Shown here: positions 18,124 to 29,275 of the stretch, in pieces
Position numbering within the stretch: the first letter of the stretch is position 1
Layout: each line of letters opens with the position of its first letter
From: an uncultured bacterium
GTDB taxonomy: Bacteria > Patescibacteriota > Minisyncoccia > Phycocordibacterales > UBA2100
Reading direction: 5' to 3'
Assembly: GCA_903824595.1 (NCBI GenBank)
Contig: CAIJXH010000017.1
Location: 1 to 49,186, forward strand
Length of the DNA: 49,186 nucleotides
Notes under the pieces: model-generated
Told to the model about the DNA's origin: nothing
Database searches by the model: none
Seen by the model: the letters and a program-made list of their open reading frames with translations, nothing else
Position numbers and translations under genes: made by a program

Positions 18124-19185
18124 ATGGATTATACAGCTGTGTTGAAGAAATATGTGAACGTGCTCGTGCACGAAGGTGGGTCGGATCTCCATTTTTCTGC
18201 GGGTGCTCATCCTACCATCCGAGTGGCGGGCGCACTCATGCCAATGCTTAGGGAGCCCATTTTGACACGCGAAGATACGCTCGGATTTTCGAAGGCGCTC
18301 ATGACGTCAGATCAGGAGAAGCGTTTTTTGGAGAATCAGGAGGCGGATTTCGCCTATGAGAGTGAAGACAAGCTGCGTTTTCGTGGCAATGCTTTCTTTG
18401 AACGGGGTTCGGTCGCTGTGGCGCTTCGACTCATTTCAAATGACATCAAAACATTCCAGGAATTGAATCTTCCAGACATCCTTGCGACATTTGCTCGCAA
18501 ATCACAGGGGTTTTTCCTTGTGGTTGGTCCGGTGGGACAGGGCAAGACGACCACGCTTGCGTCTATGGTCGAGCTCATCAATGCCGAGCGCGCGGAACAC
18601 ATTGTGACCATTGAGGATCCTATCGAATATATCTTTGAGCCGAAACAATCACTCATTGATCAACGCGAAGTACGCATCGACACAAAAGATTTTCCGACCG
18701 CACTCATGTCTGCGTTTCGACAAGACATCGACGTGCTTTTTGTGGGAGAAATGCGTGGACCAGAAACAATGGCAGCTGCGGTGACTGCTGCCGAAACGGG
18801 GCATTTGGTTTTCTCAACCATGCATACCAACGACGCCGCCCAGACAGTTGATCGAATTATTGATACGTTTCCTTCTGCACAACAAGATCAAATACGACTT
18901 CAGCTCGCGGCTTCTCTTTCGGGTATATTCAGTCAACGTCTTGTCCCACGCATCTCTGGCGGACTCATCCCGACGTATGAATTACTCATCAACACAAAAG
19001 CAGTCGCCAACCTTATTCGTGAGAAACGAACGCACGAGATTCCTACGGTCATTGAAACGGGTATGTCCGAGGGCATGATCGATATGAATCGCACGCTTGC
19101 CGAATTGGCGACACGGGGCGATATTTCTATAGAGAGTGCCTACCAGTACTCGCTCAATCCAAACGCGCTCCAGCGTCTTCTGTAA
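18124..19185 (+). CDS. pilT: Type IV pilus retraction ATPase
   Basis: GSDLH, GPVGQGKTTT, TIEDPIE, GEMR, AAETGHLVFSTMHT and DRIID motifs. Confidence 0.95.
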   Translation: MDYTAVLKKYVNVLVHEGGSDLHFSAGAHPTIRVAGALMPMLREPILTREDTLGFSKALMTSDQEKRFLENQEADFAYESEDKLRFRGNAFFERGSVAVALRLISNDIKTFQELNLPDILATFARKSQGFFLVVGPVGQGKTTTLASMVELINAERAEHIVTIEDPIEYIFEPKQSLIDQREVRIDTKDFPTALMSAFRQDIDVLFVGEMRGPETMAAAVTAAETGHLVFSTMHTNDAAQTVDRIIDTFPSAQQDQIRLQLAASLSGIFSQRLVPRISGGLIPTYELLINTKAVANLIREKRTHEIPTVIETGMSEGMIDMNRTLAELATRGDISIESAYQYSLNPNALQRLL

Positions 19186-19192
19186 TCGAGTT

Positions 19193-20404
19193 ATGGCAAT
19201 CTTCACCTACCAAGCTATTGATTCCGACGGGAGCAAACGAGAAGGCTCTATCGAGGCTGTTTCGATAGACGTTGCGATCACGGCGCTTCAGCGTCGAGGG
19301 CTGGTCATATCGACCATCAATCCAGAGAAGCCGAAAGCAGCCAATTTCTCAATGAACATTCGTTGGTTTGAGAGTGTAAAAAACGAAGATGTTGTCATAC
19401 TTTCACGTCAGATAACGACCCTTTTTGAAGCACAAGTATCGGCGTTGCGTGCGTTTCAGCTGCTTTCGAGTGAAGCACGTACGCCATTGCTTGGAGAAAA
19501 GCTCTCTGCTATCGCTGGTGATATACAGAACGGTCTTTCAATATCGGTCGCGCTGTCTCATCATCCTGATGTGTTTACGCCGTTTTATGTCAACATGGTG
19601 AAAGCGGGTGAAGAAACAGGTAAGCTCGACGAAACATTCGCATTCTTGGCGGATTACCTCGATCGAAACTACGAAATCACAAAAAAAGCGAAGAACGCGC
19701 TCATCTATCCCGTATTTGTCCTCCTCACGTTTGGTATTGTGATGGTGCTGATGATGACACTCGTTATCCCGAAACTCGCCGACATGCTCGATTCTGCGGG
19801 GCAAGATATCCCCATCTACACAAAAGTGGTTATAGGATTGAGTCAGTTTATGACTCATTACATGGTGCTTTTTATTCTCTTGATTGTGATTAGTGGATTC
19901 TTCATATACCGATTGGCGCGTACGGAGCGCGGGTATGAATTGTTTTCTCGAGGGCGACTCGGAATACCTGTGGTGGGTGGCATCTATCAAAAATTGTTCC
20001 TTTCGCGTATTGCCGACAATCTCTCAACCATGCTGCGTAGTGGCGTGCAAATTATGCGCGGACTAGAAATCACTACCGAAGTAGTGGGTGATCCTGTGTA
20101 TGAGCGTGTGTTGCGTGAGACGGCAGCCGATGTGCGGATAGGACAGCCGCTCTCCGAGGCATTGCGGAAACATCCTGAAATTCCGGGCATTGTGCGCGTT
20201 ATGGTAAAAATAGGCGAAGAGACGGGTAATATGGGCAACGTGCTCGACACCATGGCAAAGTTTTATCGACGCGAGGTCAACAACGCCGTCGATACTCTTG
20301 TGGGGCTTATCGAACCACTCATGATCGTTGTCTTGGCGCTTGGCGTTGGTTTTCTTATTGCTGCAGTTCTCGTCCCAATCTACAACGTCGCGGCGACGTT
20401 CTAG
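19193..20404 (+). CDS. pilC: Type IV pilus platform protein (PilC/GspF)
   Basis: F.YQA start, GEETGKLD, ALIYP, IGEETG and LIEP motifs. Confidence 0.95.
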   Translation: MAIFTYQAIDSDGSKREGSIEAVSIDVAITALQRRGLVISTINPEKPKAANFSMNIRWFESVKNEDVVILSRQITTLFEAQVSALRAFQLLSSEARTPLLGEKLSAIAGDIQNGLSISVALSHHPDVFTPFYVNMVKAGEETGKLDETFAFLADYLDRNYEITKKAKNALIYPVFVLLTFGIVMVLMMTLVIPKLADMLDSAGQDIPIYTKVVIGLSQFMTHYMVLFILLIVISGFFIYRLARTERGYELFSRGRLGIPVVGGIYQKLFLSRIADNLSTMLRSGVQIMRGLEITTEVVGDPVYERVLRETAADVRIGQPLSEALRKHPEIPGIVRVMVKIGEETGNMGNVLDTMAKFYRREVNNAVDTLVGLIEPLMIVVLALGVGFLIAAVLVPIYNVAATF

Positions 20405-20417
20405 GGCTTGTAGGGGC

Positions 20418-20458
20418 TGTGTATAACTCCTTGCGTGAAACGCACGGGTCGCTACAAT
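20418..20458 (+). promoter_or_regulatory. Sigma70-type promoter of pilin 1 with an upstream DnaA-box match
   Basis: TGTGTATAA (20418-20426), then TTGCGT-N16-TACAAT (20431-20458). Confidence 0.55.
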
Positions 20459-20518
20459 ACGCTAGGTAACAGTCGTATATTATTTATTTTTATTTAGCCT
20501 CACGGCACAATCATAGCT

Positions 20519-20992
20519 ATGCATACAAAAAGCTCCCGCGGTTTCACCCTGATCGAACTCTTGGTGGTGATCGCCATTATCGGTATTCTTTCGTCAGTCG
20601 TTTTGGCTTCGCTCAATAGCGCCCGCTTGAAGGGACGTGATGCAGCGATCAAGGGAGCACTCAATTCTGCTCGCAGCCAAGCAGAACTGATCGCATCAAA
20701 CAACGGCGCATATTCGTCGGCTATTTGTACCGATACGACGATGACAGGCATCATTACCAATGCGAAGTCAAACTCCACTGCAACAGCAGCGGCAGCGGCT
20801 ATAAATACTACCATAGGTACAGCAGGATCGACTAACACCGCAACGTGTCATTCCGACGCCAATGGTTGGGGTATTGAAGTGCCGCTTCCGAGTGTTTCTG
20901 CAGGATCTACGTTCTTCTGTGTTGATTCAAAAGGATACTCTGGTGTTTTGGCTGCGACGTCTCTTGGAGCAAACGACGACGATTGTAACTAA
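20519..20992 (+). CDS. Type IV major pilin 1
   Basis: Class III signal RG|[17 protein letters not shown]; C-terminal Cys pair. Confidence 0.95.
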   Translation: MHTKSSRGFTLIELLVVIAIIGILSSVVLASLNSARLKGRDAAIKGALNSARSQAELIASNNGAYSSAICTDTTMTGIITNAKSNSTATAAAAAINTTIGTAGSTNTATCHSDANGWGIEVPLPSVSAGSTFFCVDSKGYSGVLAATSLGANDDDCN

Positions 20993-21007
20993 CGTCTAGT
21001 TTATGTT

Positions 21008-21041
21008 GAAAAACACAGCTTCATACGAGGCTGTGTTTTTC
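21008..21041 (+). terminator. Intrinsic terminator after pilin 1
   Basis: gaaaaacacagc-N10-gctgtgtttttc. Confidence 0.75.
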
Positions 21042-21054
21042 GTTATCATAAAGA

Positions 21055-21100
21055 GTATTCACAGTCCATACTTGTTACGGTAACTAGATGCACGTATAAT
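21055..21100 (+). promoter_or_regulatory. Promoter of pilin 2 with a DnaA-box-like motif
   Basis: GTATTCACA (21055-21063), then TTGTTA-N17-TATAAT (21072-21100). Confidence 0.6.
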
Positions 21101-21144
21101 TCTACCTATTAGATGTTGTTTTAAAATTTCACTCGCAAAATTGT

Positions 21145-21612
21145 ATGCATACAAAAAGCTCCCGCGGTTTCACCCTGATCGAACTCTTGGTGGTGATCGC
21201 CATTATCGGTATCCTCTCATCGGTCGTCTTGGCGTCGCTCAACAGCGCCCGCTTGAAGGGACGTGATGCAGCGATCAAGCGCTCTCTCAGCTCAGCTCGC
21301 GGCCAAGCAGAATTACTGGCATCAAACAATGGCGCATATTCGTCGGCTATTTGTACTGATGCGACACTTGTTGGTATTCTCAACAGTGCGAAATCAAATT
21401 CTGATGCAACTACTGCAGGGGCAGCAATCAATACGAGTGCGGCAGGAGGAGCGGGCAAGCTGACGTGTCATGCTGATGCGAATGGCTGGGCGATTGATGT
21501 CCCTCTGGTGAATGTGAGCGGTACGTTCTTCTGTGTTGATTCTCTTGGGAATGCGACGACTACCGTTGGATCGTTCCTCGCTTCCTCCGCTACTGACGAA
21601 GATTGCAAATAG
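21145..21612 (+). CDS. Type IV major pilin 2 (close paralog of pilin 1)
   Basis: Same prepilin leader; shared [12 protein letters not shown], CHxDANGW and FFCVDS blocks. Confidence 0.95.
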   Translation: MHTKSSRGFTLIELLVVIAIIGILSSVVLASLNSARLKGRDAAIKRSLSSARGQAELLASNNGAYSSAICTDATLVGILNSAKSNSDATTAGAAINTSAAGGAGKLTCHADANGWAIDVPLVNVSGTFFCVDSLGNATTTVGSFLASSATDEDCK

Positions 21613-21720
21613 CGTCTGATGATTGCTATCCACTTCTGGAAAATTGGACGCTTGTGCACGGTGGCTCTAGCAGTACAATGAATGACAGGTTATCAACATT
21701 ATTTGTAATATACATCGTCT

Positions 21721-22185
21721 ATGCATACAAAAAGCTCCCGCGGTTTCACCCTGATCGAACTCTTGGTGGTGATCGCCATTATCGGTATCTTGTCATCAGT
21801 CGTCTTGGCGTCGCTCAACGTGGCTCGCAAAAAAGGACGCGACGCTCGTCGCATTGCCGACATCAGTCAAATCAAGACCGCTCTTGAGCTGTACTACGAC
21901 GCAAACAGTCAATATCCTACGACCCTTGCGCCGCTTACGGCAAGTAATTACATCCAGGTAGTGCCAACCGATCCGAGCACAAATACCGCATACTCATATG
22001 CTGCATTGCAGGGTGGTGCTTCGTCGGTGGCGACTTGTGGAGGATATCACTTGGGTGCAACTCTCGAAGACTCGAGTAATTCCGCGCTCACCAACGATAT
22101 CGACGCACCGGCAAGCGATACAGTGTGCACAAACGGCGGCACCAACTTCTCGGGTACCGATCCTGTGTATGACGTAAAGCAGTAG
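21721..22185 (+). CDS. Type IV pilin 3 (GspG-like globular domain)
   Basis: Same leader; RDARRIADISQIKTALELYY and VPTDP motifs. Confidence 0.95.
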   Translation: MHTKSSRGFTLIELLVVIAIIGILSSVVLASLNVARKKGRDARRIADISQIKTALELYYDANSQYPTTLAPLTASNYIQVVPTDPSTNTAYSYAALQGGASSVATCGGYHLGATLEDSSNSALTNDIDAPASDTVCTNGGTNFSGTDPVYDVKQ

Positions 22186-22209
22186 GAGGAGATAGAAATA
22201 CACAACACG

Positions 22210-22240
22210 GCACAAACCCCGCCTCGCGCGGGGTTTGTGC
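22210..22240 (+). terminator. Stem-loop after pilin 3
   Basis: gcacaaaccccgc...gcggggtttgtgc. Confidence 0.7.
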
Positions 22241-22255
22241 TGATATACTGGAAGC

Positions 22256-23074
22256 ATGACGTTTGTCGCGTATGGCGTTTTTGGACTCATCATAGGAAGC
22301 TTTCTCAACGTCCTTATTCTGCGTCATGGAGAACGATCGGTCGCGGGGAGGAGCGCGTGCATGTCGTGCCACACGGATCTTGCGTGGTACGACCTCGTCC
22401 CCATTATGTCGTGGGTGGTGTTGCGCGGAAAATGCCGCATGTGTCGAGCGTCTATCTCGATACAATATCCATTAGTCGAAGCGATCACGGGAGTGGTGTT
22501 TGGGGTGATAGGGTACGCGTCGTTGCCGTTGTCTCTCACGATACTGGCGTTGCCTGTTGCGGCGCTCCTTGTTGCAATAGGCGTGTATGACATGCGTCAT
22601 TTGCTCATTCCTGACCTCTGGGCGTATGGATGCGCGGCATGTGCGTTTGCGGGTGCGTGTATGGCAGTATGGAGCGGATATGTAGCAATAGGGGTGCCCT
22701 TGCTCATGATAGAAGGTTTCGTAACCGCATTGCCGCTGTTTATTTTCTGGCTGGTCTCTCGCGGTACGTGGATGGGTTTGGGTGATGCGAAGCTCGCGTT
22801 GTCGTTTGGGTGGTTACTCGGCATACAGGCTGGTCTCTATGCGGTGTTTGCCGCGTTTGTCATAGGCGCGATAGTGAGTGTGGTGTTGCTTGGAATGTCG
22901 TCACGCGGCGGACGATGGATATGGGCGCGAATGCACATCGGATGTGTAGGTGCCGATACATCGGCGTGGACTATGCAAAGCGAGATTCCGTTTGGTCCGT
23001 TTCTCGTACTTAGCTGTTTTTTGACATGGTTTGCGATGCTCTATGGCATTGCGCTTCCTTTTTTTCCATGGTGA
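22256..23074 (+). CDS. pilD: Prepilin peptidase (A24)
   Basis: GSFLNV, RSACMSC, GKCRMC, YD, MGLGDAKL and IPFGPFL motifs. Confidence 0.95.
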   Translation: MTFVAYGVFGLIIGSFLNVLILRHGERSVAGRSACMSCHTDLAWYDLVPIMSWVVLRGKCRMCRASISIQYPLVEAITGVVFGVIGYASLPLSLTILALPVAALLVAIGVYDMRHLLIPDLWAYGCAACAFAGACMAVWSGYVAIGVPLLMIEGFVTALPLFIFWLVSRGTWMGLGDAKLALSFGWLLGIQAGLYAVFAAFVIGAIVSVVLLGMSSRGGRWIWARMHIGCVGADTSAWTMQSEIPFGPFLVLSCFLTWFAMLYGIALPFFPW

Positions 23075-23103
23075 CAGCTTGGTACATATCCACTCGCGAC
23101 ACA

Positions 23104-23730
23104 ATGCTCCGAGATCGGGATTTGTCTGCTTCTTCGCGGCGTGGTTTCTCACTCGTCGAGCTTCTCGTGGTGATCGGTATATTTACTATCGTGACGTCGC
23201 TCACTTTGGCAAATTACAACCAATTTGGCGGGCACGTTGTGCTCGGTAATCTCGCGTATGACGTTGCATTGTCGGTGCGCAAAGCGCAGACGTATGGTAT
23301 TGCCGTGCGGAGGTACGGTACCGATAATTTCAATGTAGGATACGGAATGCACTTTGACAGCGCGCATCCGACATCGTATGCATTGTTTGCCGATGTCGCA
23401 GAAAGTAATAACGGCGTGGGAGATGGCATGTACGATCCTTCGACCGAATTGGTGGAAACGCGCACGTTCAATCGTGGATATGCGATTGTGAATTTGTGCG
23501 AGACGCATGATGAAAATGACAGTGAACGAGAGACATGCGGACTCTCTTCGCTTGATATTGTTTTTAGACACCCAGAATCCGACGCGTATATCAACCCGAA
23601 TCAGTCGACGTGTACGGTAGTGCGCACGGATGGATGTAGCGTACGTGCGCGCGTCGTCATTCAGTCTCCAAAGGGTGATCAAGCGAGTGTTATCATTGAT
23701 CAATCAGGGCAGATTGTCGTCCAACATTAG
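23104..23730 (+). CDS. Minor pilin (FimT/GspH-like)
   Basis: RG|FSLVELLVVIGI leader; exact start uncertain. Confidence 0.85.
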   Translation: MLRDRDLSASSRRGFSLVELLVVIGIFTIVTSLTLANYNQFGGHVVLGNLAYDVALSVRKAQTYGIAVRRYGTDNFNVGYGMHFDSAHPTSYALFADVAESNNGVGDGMYDPSTELVETRTFNRGYAIVNLCETHDENDSERETCGLSSLDIVFRHPESDAYINPNQSTCTVVRTDGCSVRARVVIQSPKGDQASVIIDQSGQIVVQH

Positions 23731-23731
23731 T

Positions 23732-24331
23732 ATGATTACATCTCTTGTTGCATCACGAAATGGTTTGCAGAGTGCGGGTATGCGTGGTTTTACGCTCGTC
23801 GAAATGATTGTCGCCGTCGGTCTTTTCACGGTGGTGATGATGATCTCGATAGGGTCGCTTCTATCGCTGTTGCACGCGTCGCGTAAGGCGCAATCTATTG
23901 AAGCGGTTGTAGACAACCTCAATGTTGCGGTGGATAGTATGGCGCGCGCCATTCGTTTGGGTTCGGAATACCACTGCGGCGGAGGACTTTATTCTGTGAC
24001 GCAGGACTGCCGCGAAGGAGATAGTACGGTTGCATTTTTGCCGAATGGAAAAGACGTGTCATCTCCACGTACGGTGTATCACTACAACGCAGTGCTCAAG
24101 CGCATCGAAAGATCGGTGGATTCTGGTGTGACGTGGGTTCCTATTACCGCTTCAAACGTATCTATCACCAGCGCCGCATTCTATGTGGTTGGATCTGATC
24201 ATAGTGAAAGCGACAACGTACAGCCGAAAGTTATTATCGACATACAAGGAAGCGCGGGAATTGAGGGGGATCCAATGGCGAGTACGTTCCATGTGCAAGC
24301 TTCAGCGGTACAGCGACTTCTTGATATATGA
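23732..24331 (+). CDS. Minor pilin (PilW/GspJ-like)
   Basis: RG|FTLVEMIVAVG leader; exact start uncertain. Confidence 0.85.
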   Translation: MITSLVASRNGLQSAGMRGFTLVEMIVAVGLFTVVMMISIGSLLSLLHASRKAQSIEAVVDNLNVAVDSMARAIRLGSEYHCGGGLYSVTQDCREGDSTVAFLPNGKDVSSPRTVYHYNAVLKRIERSVDSGVTWVPITASNVSITSAAFYVVGSDHSESDNVQPKVIIDIQGSAGIEGDPMASTFHVQASAVQRLLDI

Positions 24332-24852
24332 GAGGATTTACTATCGTAGAGACGTTGGTTGCTGTATCACTGCTTACGATAGCGATTGTGGTTCCTATGT
24401 CGCTTGCATCACAAAGTCTCTCGGTTTCGTATTATGCGCGCGATCAAATGATAGCGTTTCATTTGGCTCAAGAGGCGTTTGAGACGATACGAGAACAGCG
24501 CGATACTAATATTTTGAGTATTGCCCGCGGAGTCGGGAATCCTGATTTGCTTGGAGGAATTCCTGCAACCGATGATAGTCCGTTCATTGTGGATGCTCTT
24601 ACTGATGTGATGACGCCGTGCGGTGCGACGTGTCCTGCTCTTCAGACCAATGGATCGTTATATGGATATAACAGTGGATGGACAGACACTAACTTCACTC
24701 GTACCGTGCGGGCACACTATGTGGGCAGTGGTACTAATGAAGTGAAAGTCACGGTGACGGTGTCATGGCACACGGGTGCGTTTCAAACGCGTACCGTGAC
24801 AATCTCCGAGAGCTTCTTTCGATGGGTTGAAGATGGAAGCGCGGCTACATAA
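24328..24852 (+). CDS. Minor pilin (PilV-like)
   Basis: MRG|FTIVETLVAV leader and AFHLAQEAFE motif. Confidence 0.87.
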   Translation: MRGFTIVETLVAVSLLTIAIVVPMSLASQSLSVSYYARDQMIAFHLAQEAFETIREQRDTNILSIARGVGNPDLLGGIPATDDSPFIVDALTDVMTPCGATCPALQTNGSLYGYNSGWTDTNFTRTVRAHYVGSGTNEVKVTVTVSWHTGAFQTRTVTISESFFRWVEDGSAAT

Positions 24853-24858
24853 TCATCT

Positions 24859-25371
24859 ATGCGTATCATAATAAAACATCACGTCGGGCAGCGAGGATTC
24901 ACACTTCTTCTTGCGGCACTCGTGTCATCGATCGTGCTTGCGATCGGAGTGTCTCTTTCTGAATTGGCGCAGAAATCAATAGTGCTCTCTTCTCTTGGAC
25001 GTGATTCGCAGGTTGCATTTGCGGCAGCTGATTCTGGATTGGAATGTGCGCTGTATTGGGATATGCGAAAAAATTTGTTCCAAATCGGAGTAGCCCCTAC
25101 GCTTGATCCAGCGCCTTCGTGCGATGGGCAAAACATCAGTGTGTCTGTAACGAATGGCGATCGGTCGACGTATCCGTACACACTTTCTTTTCAATTTGCA
25201 CCGACAAGCAATGGGGTGTCGTATTGCGCTCGCGTCTCGATAACAAAAACAACGAATATGAGTACGGGAGGAATCACAAGTGTTGTTCACAGCGATGGAT
25301 TCAGTACTGATTGCGACTCGATCTCGACATCGCAGCGCGCGTTACAGCGCAGTATTGAATTGCGTTACTGA
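24859..25371 (+). CDS. Minor pilin (PilX-like, no Glu5)
   Basis: QRG|FTLLLA leader and AFAAADSGLECA motif. Confidence 0.85.
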   Translation: MRIIIKHHVGQRGFTLLLAALVSSIVLAIGVSLSELAQKSIVLSSLGRDSQVAFAAADSGLECALYWDMRKNLFQIGVAPTLDPAPSCDGQNISVSVTNGDRSTYPYTLSFQFAPTSNGVSYCARVSITKTTNMSTGGITSVVHSDGFSTDCDSISTSQRALQRSIELRY

Positions 25372-25374
25372 TGA

Positions 25375-27472
<2,098 letters not shown>

Positions 27473-27546
27473 CGATAGGACGTGATTAAGAGGTGTTGCG
27501 GTGTACTATTTTTGCGCCGCGCATGATTCCTCCGTATAATGTCCAG

Positions 27547-27855
27547 ATGAATGCGCAAATGCCCGAGTTGTCGATCAGTGATGTGAAGAAGGTTGCTGCG
27601 TTGGCGAGTTTGCCGGTGTCGGACGCGCTCGCGGAGAAATTCCGCCCGCAGTTGCTTTCGGTGCTTGGGTTTGTGGGGGAGATTGGGACGCTCGATACGG
27701 AAGGCGTGGTGGAGACATCGCAAGTGACGGGACTTGAGAATATTTACCGCGAGGATGTGGTGGAAGAATCGAGTATGTTTACACAGAAAGAAGCACTGCA
27801 AAACGCGAAGCGCACGCACAATGGGTATTTCGTGGTGAAAGCCGTCATCGAATAA
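27547..27855 (+). CDS. gatC: Asp/Glu-tRNA amidotransferase subunit C
   Basis: VKKVAALA, LDTEGV, NIYRED and GYFVVKAVI motifs; upstream of gatA; TATAAT 6 nt before the ATG. Confidence 0.92.
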   Translation: MNAQMPELSISDVKKVAALASLPVSDALAEKFRPQLLSVLGFVGEIGTLDTEGVVETSQVTGLENIYREDVVEESSMFTQKEALQNAKRTHNGYFVVKAVIE

Positions 27856-27856
27856 T

Positions 27857-29275
27857 ATGTTGCTCGACCTTTCAATTCGGGAATTGCAGGCAGGATTGGC
27901 AGCCAAGAAATTTTCAAGCGAGGATCTCGTGCGCAAGTGCTACGAAAATATCGCCCGCGAGCAGCCGCGTACCAATGCGTTCATCACCATCGTCGACAAA
28001 GAAACAGCGCTCAAAGAAGCGAAGGAGAAAGATGCGGCGCGGACTCCGTCCGCGCCGCCCCTCTACGGCATCCCATTTGTATTGAAAGATTCGTTTGCGA
28101 CGCGCGGCATCCGCACTACCTGTGCTTCAAACGTGCTTCGCGATTTCATTCCGCCGTACGACGCGACCGTGTATCGCAGGCTCCGCGAAGCGGGTGCAAT
28201 TCTGATCGGAAAAATGAACATGGATGCGTGGGGACACGGCGGCAGTTCGGAGAACACCGACTTTGGCGCGGTGCGCAATCCGTGGGATATTGAGCGAGTG
28301 CCCGGCGGCTCGAGTGGTGGGTGTGCGGCGGGTGTCGCGGTGCGCATGGCGGCATTTGCAATCGGCGAAGACACGGGCGGCTCGATCCGCAATCCGTCGG
28401 CATGGTGCAACACCACAGGACTCAAGGTTACCTACGGTCGCGTCTCTCGCTATGGATGTGTGGCATACGCGTCGTCGTTCGATACAGTGGGTCCGATGGG
28501 GAAATCGGTGGAGGATTGTGCGGCGATATTGGAAGCGACGGCGGGGAACGATCTGCACGATGCGACGAGCGCTCCTGTACCAGTGCCTTCGTACACCGCA
28601 GAACTTGCGGGTGCGGAATCATTCATCAAAGACAAGACAATCGGCGTTCCGCGAGAATTGTTTGGCGAAGGACTCGATCCGGAGATTCGCGCAAGTATCA
28701 TGGCGAGCATTGATGTGCTGAAAGGTCTCGGCATGCAGGTAAAGGAGCTTTCTATGCCGCTTTTCGACTACGGGCTTCCGGTGTACTACCTCATTGCACC
28801 GAGCGAGACGAGCTCCAATCTTGCACGCTACGACGGTGTGCGCTACGGAGGCGATCGCAGTAATTTTACGGAAGAAACAATGCGTCGCATTATGATCGGC
28901 ACCTACGCGCTTTCCGCTGGATACTACGATGCCTATTACCGCAAGGCGCAAAAGGCGCGCACGCTTTTCATTGCAGAATACAAACGTCTCCTCTCCGAGT
29001 GTGACGTACTCGTCATGCCAGTCAATCCGACCGTCGCACCAAAAGTGGGCGAACTCATGGCAGATCCGCTTGCCAATCTTCTCGCCGACGTGTACACCGT
29101 TTCGATCAATCCTGTCGGCGTGCCATCGCTCGCGGTGCCGTCGGGATTCACCAAAGCAGGATTGCCGATTGGTATGCAGATCGTGGGGAAGATGTTTGCC
29201 GAGTCGCTGCTGTTTCAGATCGGGCACGCATTCCAATCAGAGACGGATTATCACACTCGCGCACCCAAGGTATGA
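27857..29275 (+). CDS. gatA: Asp/Glu-tRNA amidotransferase subunit A
   Basis: Amidase signature PGGSSGG and DTGGSIR; SSNLARYDG and GYYDAYY motifs. Confidence 0.97.
   Translation: MLLDLSIRELQAGLAAKKFSSEDLVRKCYENIAREQPRTNAFITIVDKETALKEAKEKDAARTPSAPPLYGIPFVLKDSFATRGIRTTCASNVLRDFIPPYDATVYRRLREAGAILIGKMNMDAWGHGGSSENTDFGAVRNPWDIERVPGGSSGGCAAGVAVRMAAFAIGEDTGGSIRNPSAWCNTTGLKVTYGRVSRYGCVAYASSFDTVGPMGKSVEDCAAILEATAGNDLHDATSAPVPVPSYTAELAGAESFIKDKTIGVPRELFGEGLDPEIRASIMASIDVLKGLGMQVKELSMPLFDYGLPVYYLIAPSETSSNLARYDGVRYGGDRSNFTEETMRRIMIGTYALSAGYYDAYYRKAQKARTLFIAEYKRLLSECDVLVMPVNPTVAPKVGELMADPLANLLADVYTVSINPVGVPSLAVPSGFTKAGLPIGMQIVGKMFAESLLFQIGHAFQSETDYHTRAPKV

Noticed and set aside
17930-21700. Replication origin suggested by DnaA-box-like motifs
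   Set aside because: The boxes are dispersed singly at promoters, with no dense cluster or unwinding element and no dnaA/dnaN nearby.
20519-22185. Neisseria-type silent pilS cassettes or a shufflon
   Set aside because: All three pilins are full length with starts and promoter matches, lie in the same orientation, and have no adjacent invertase.
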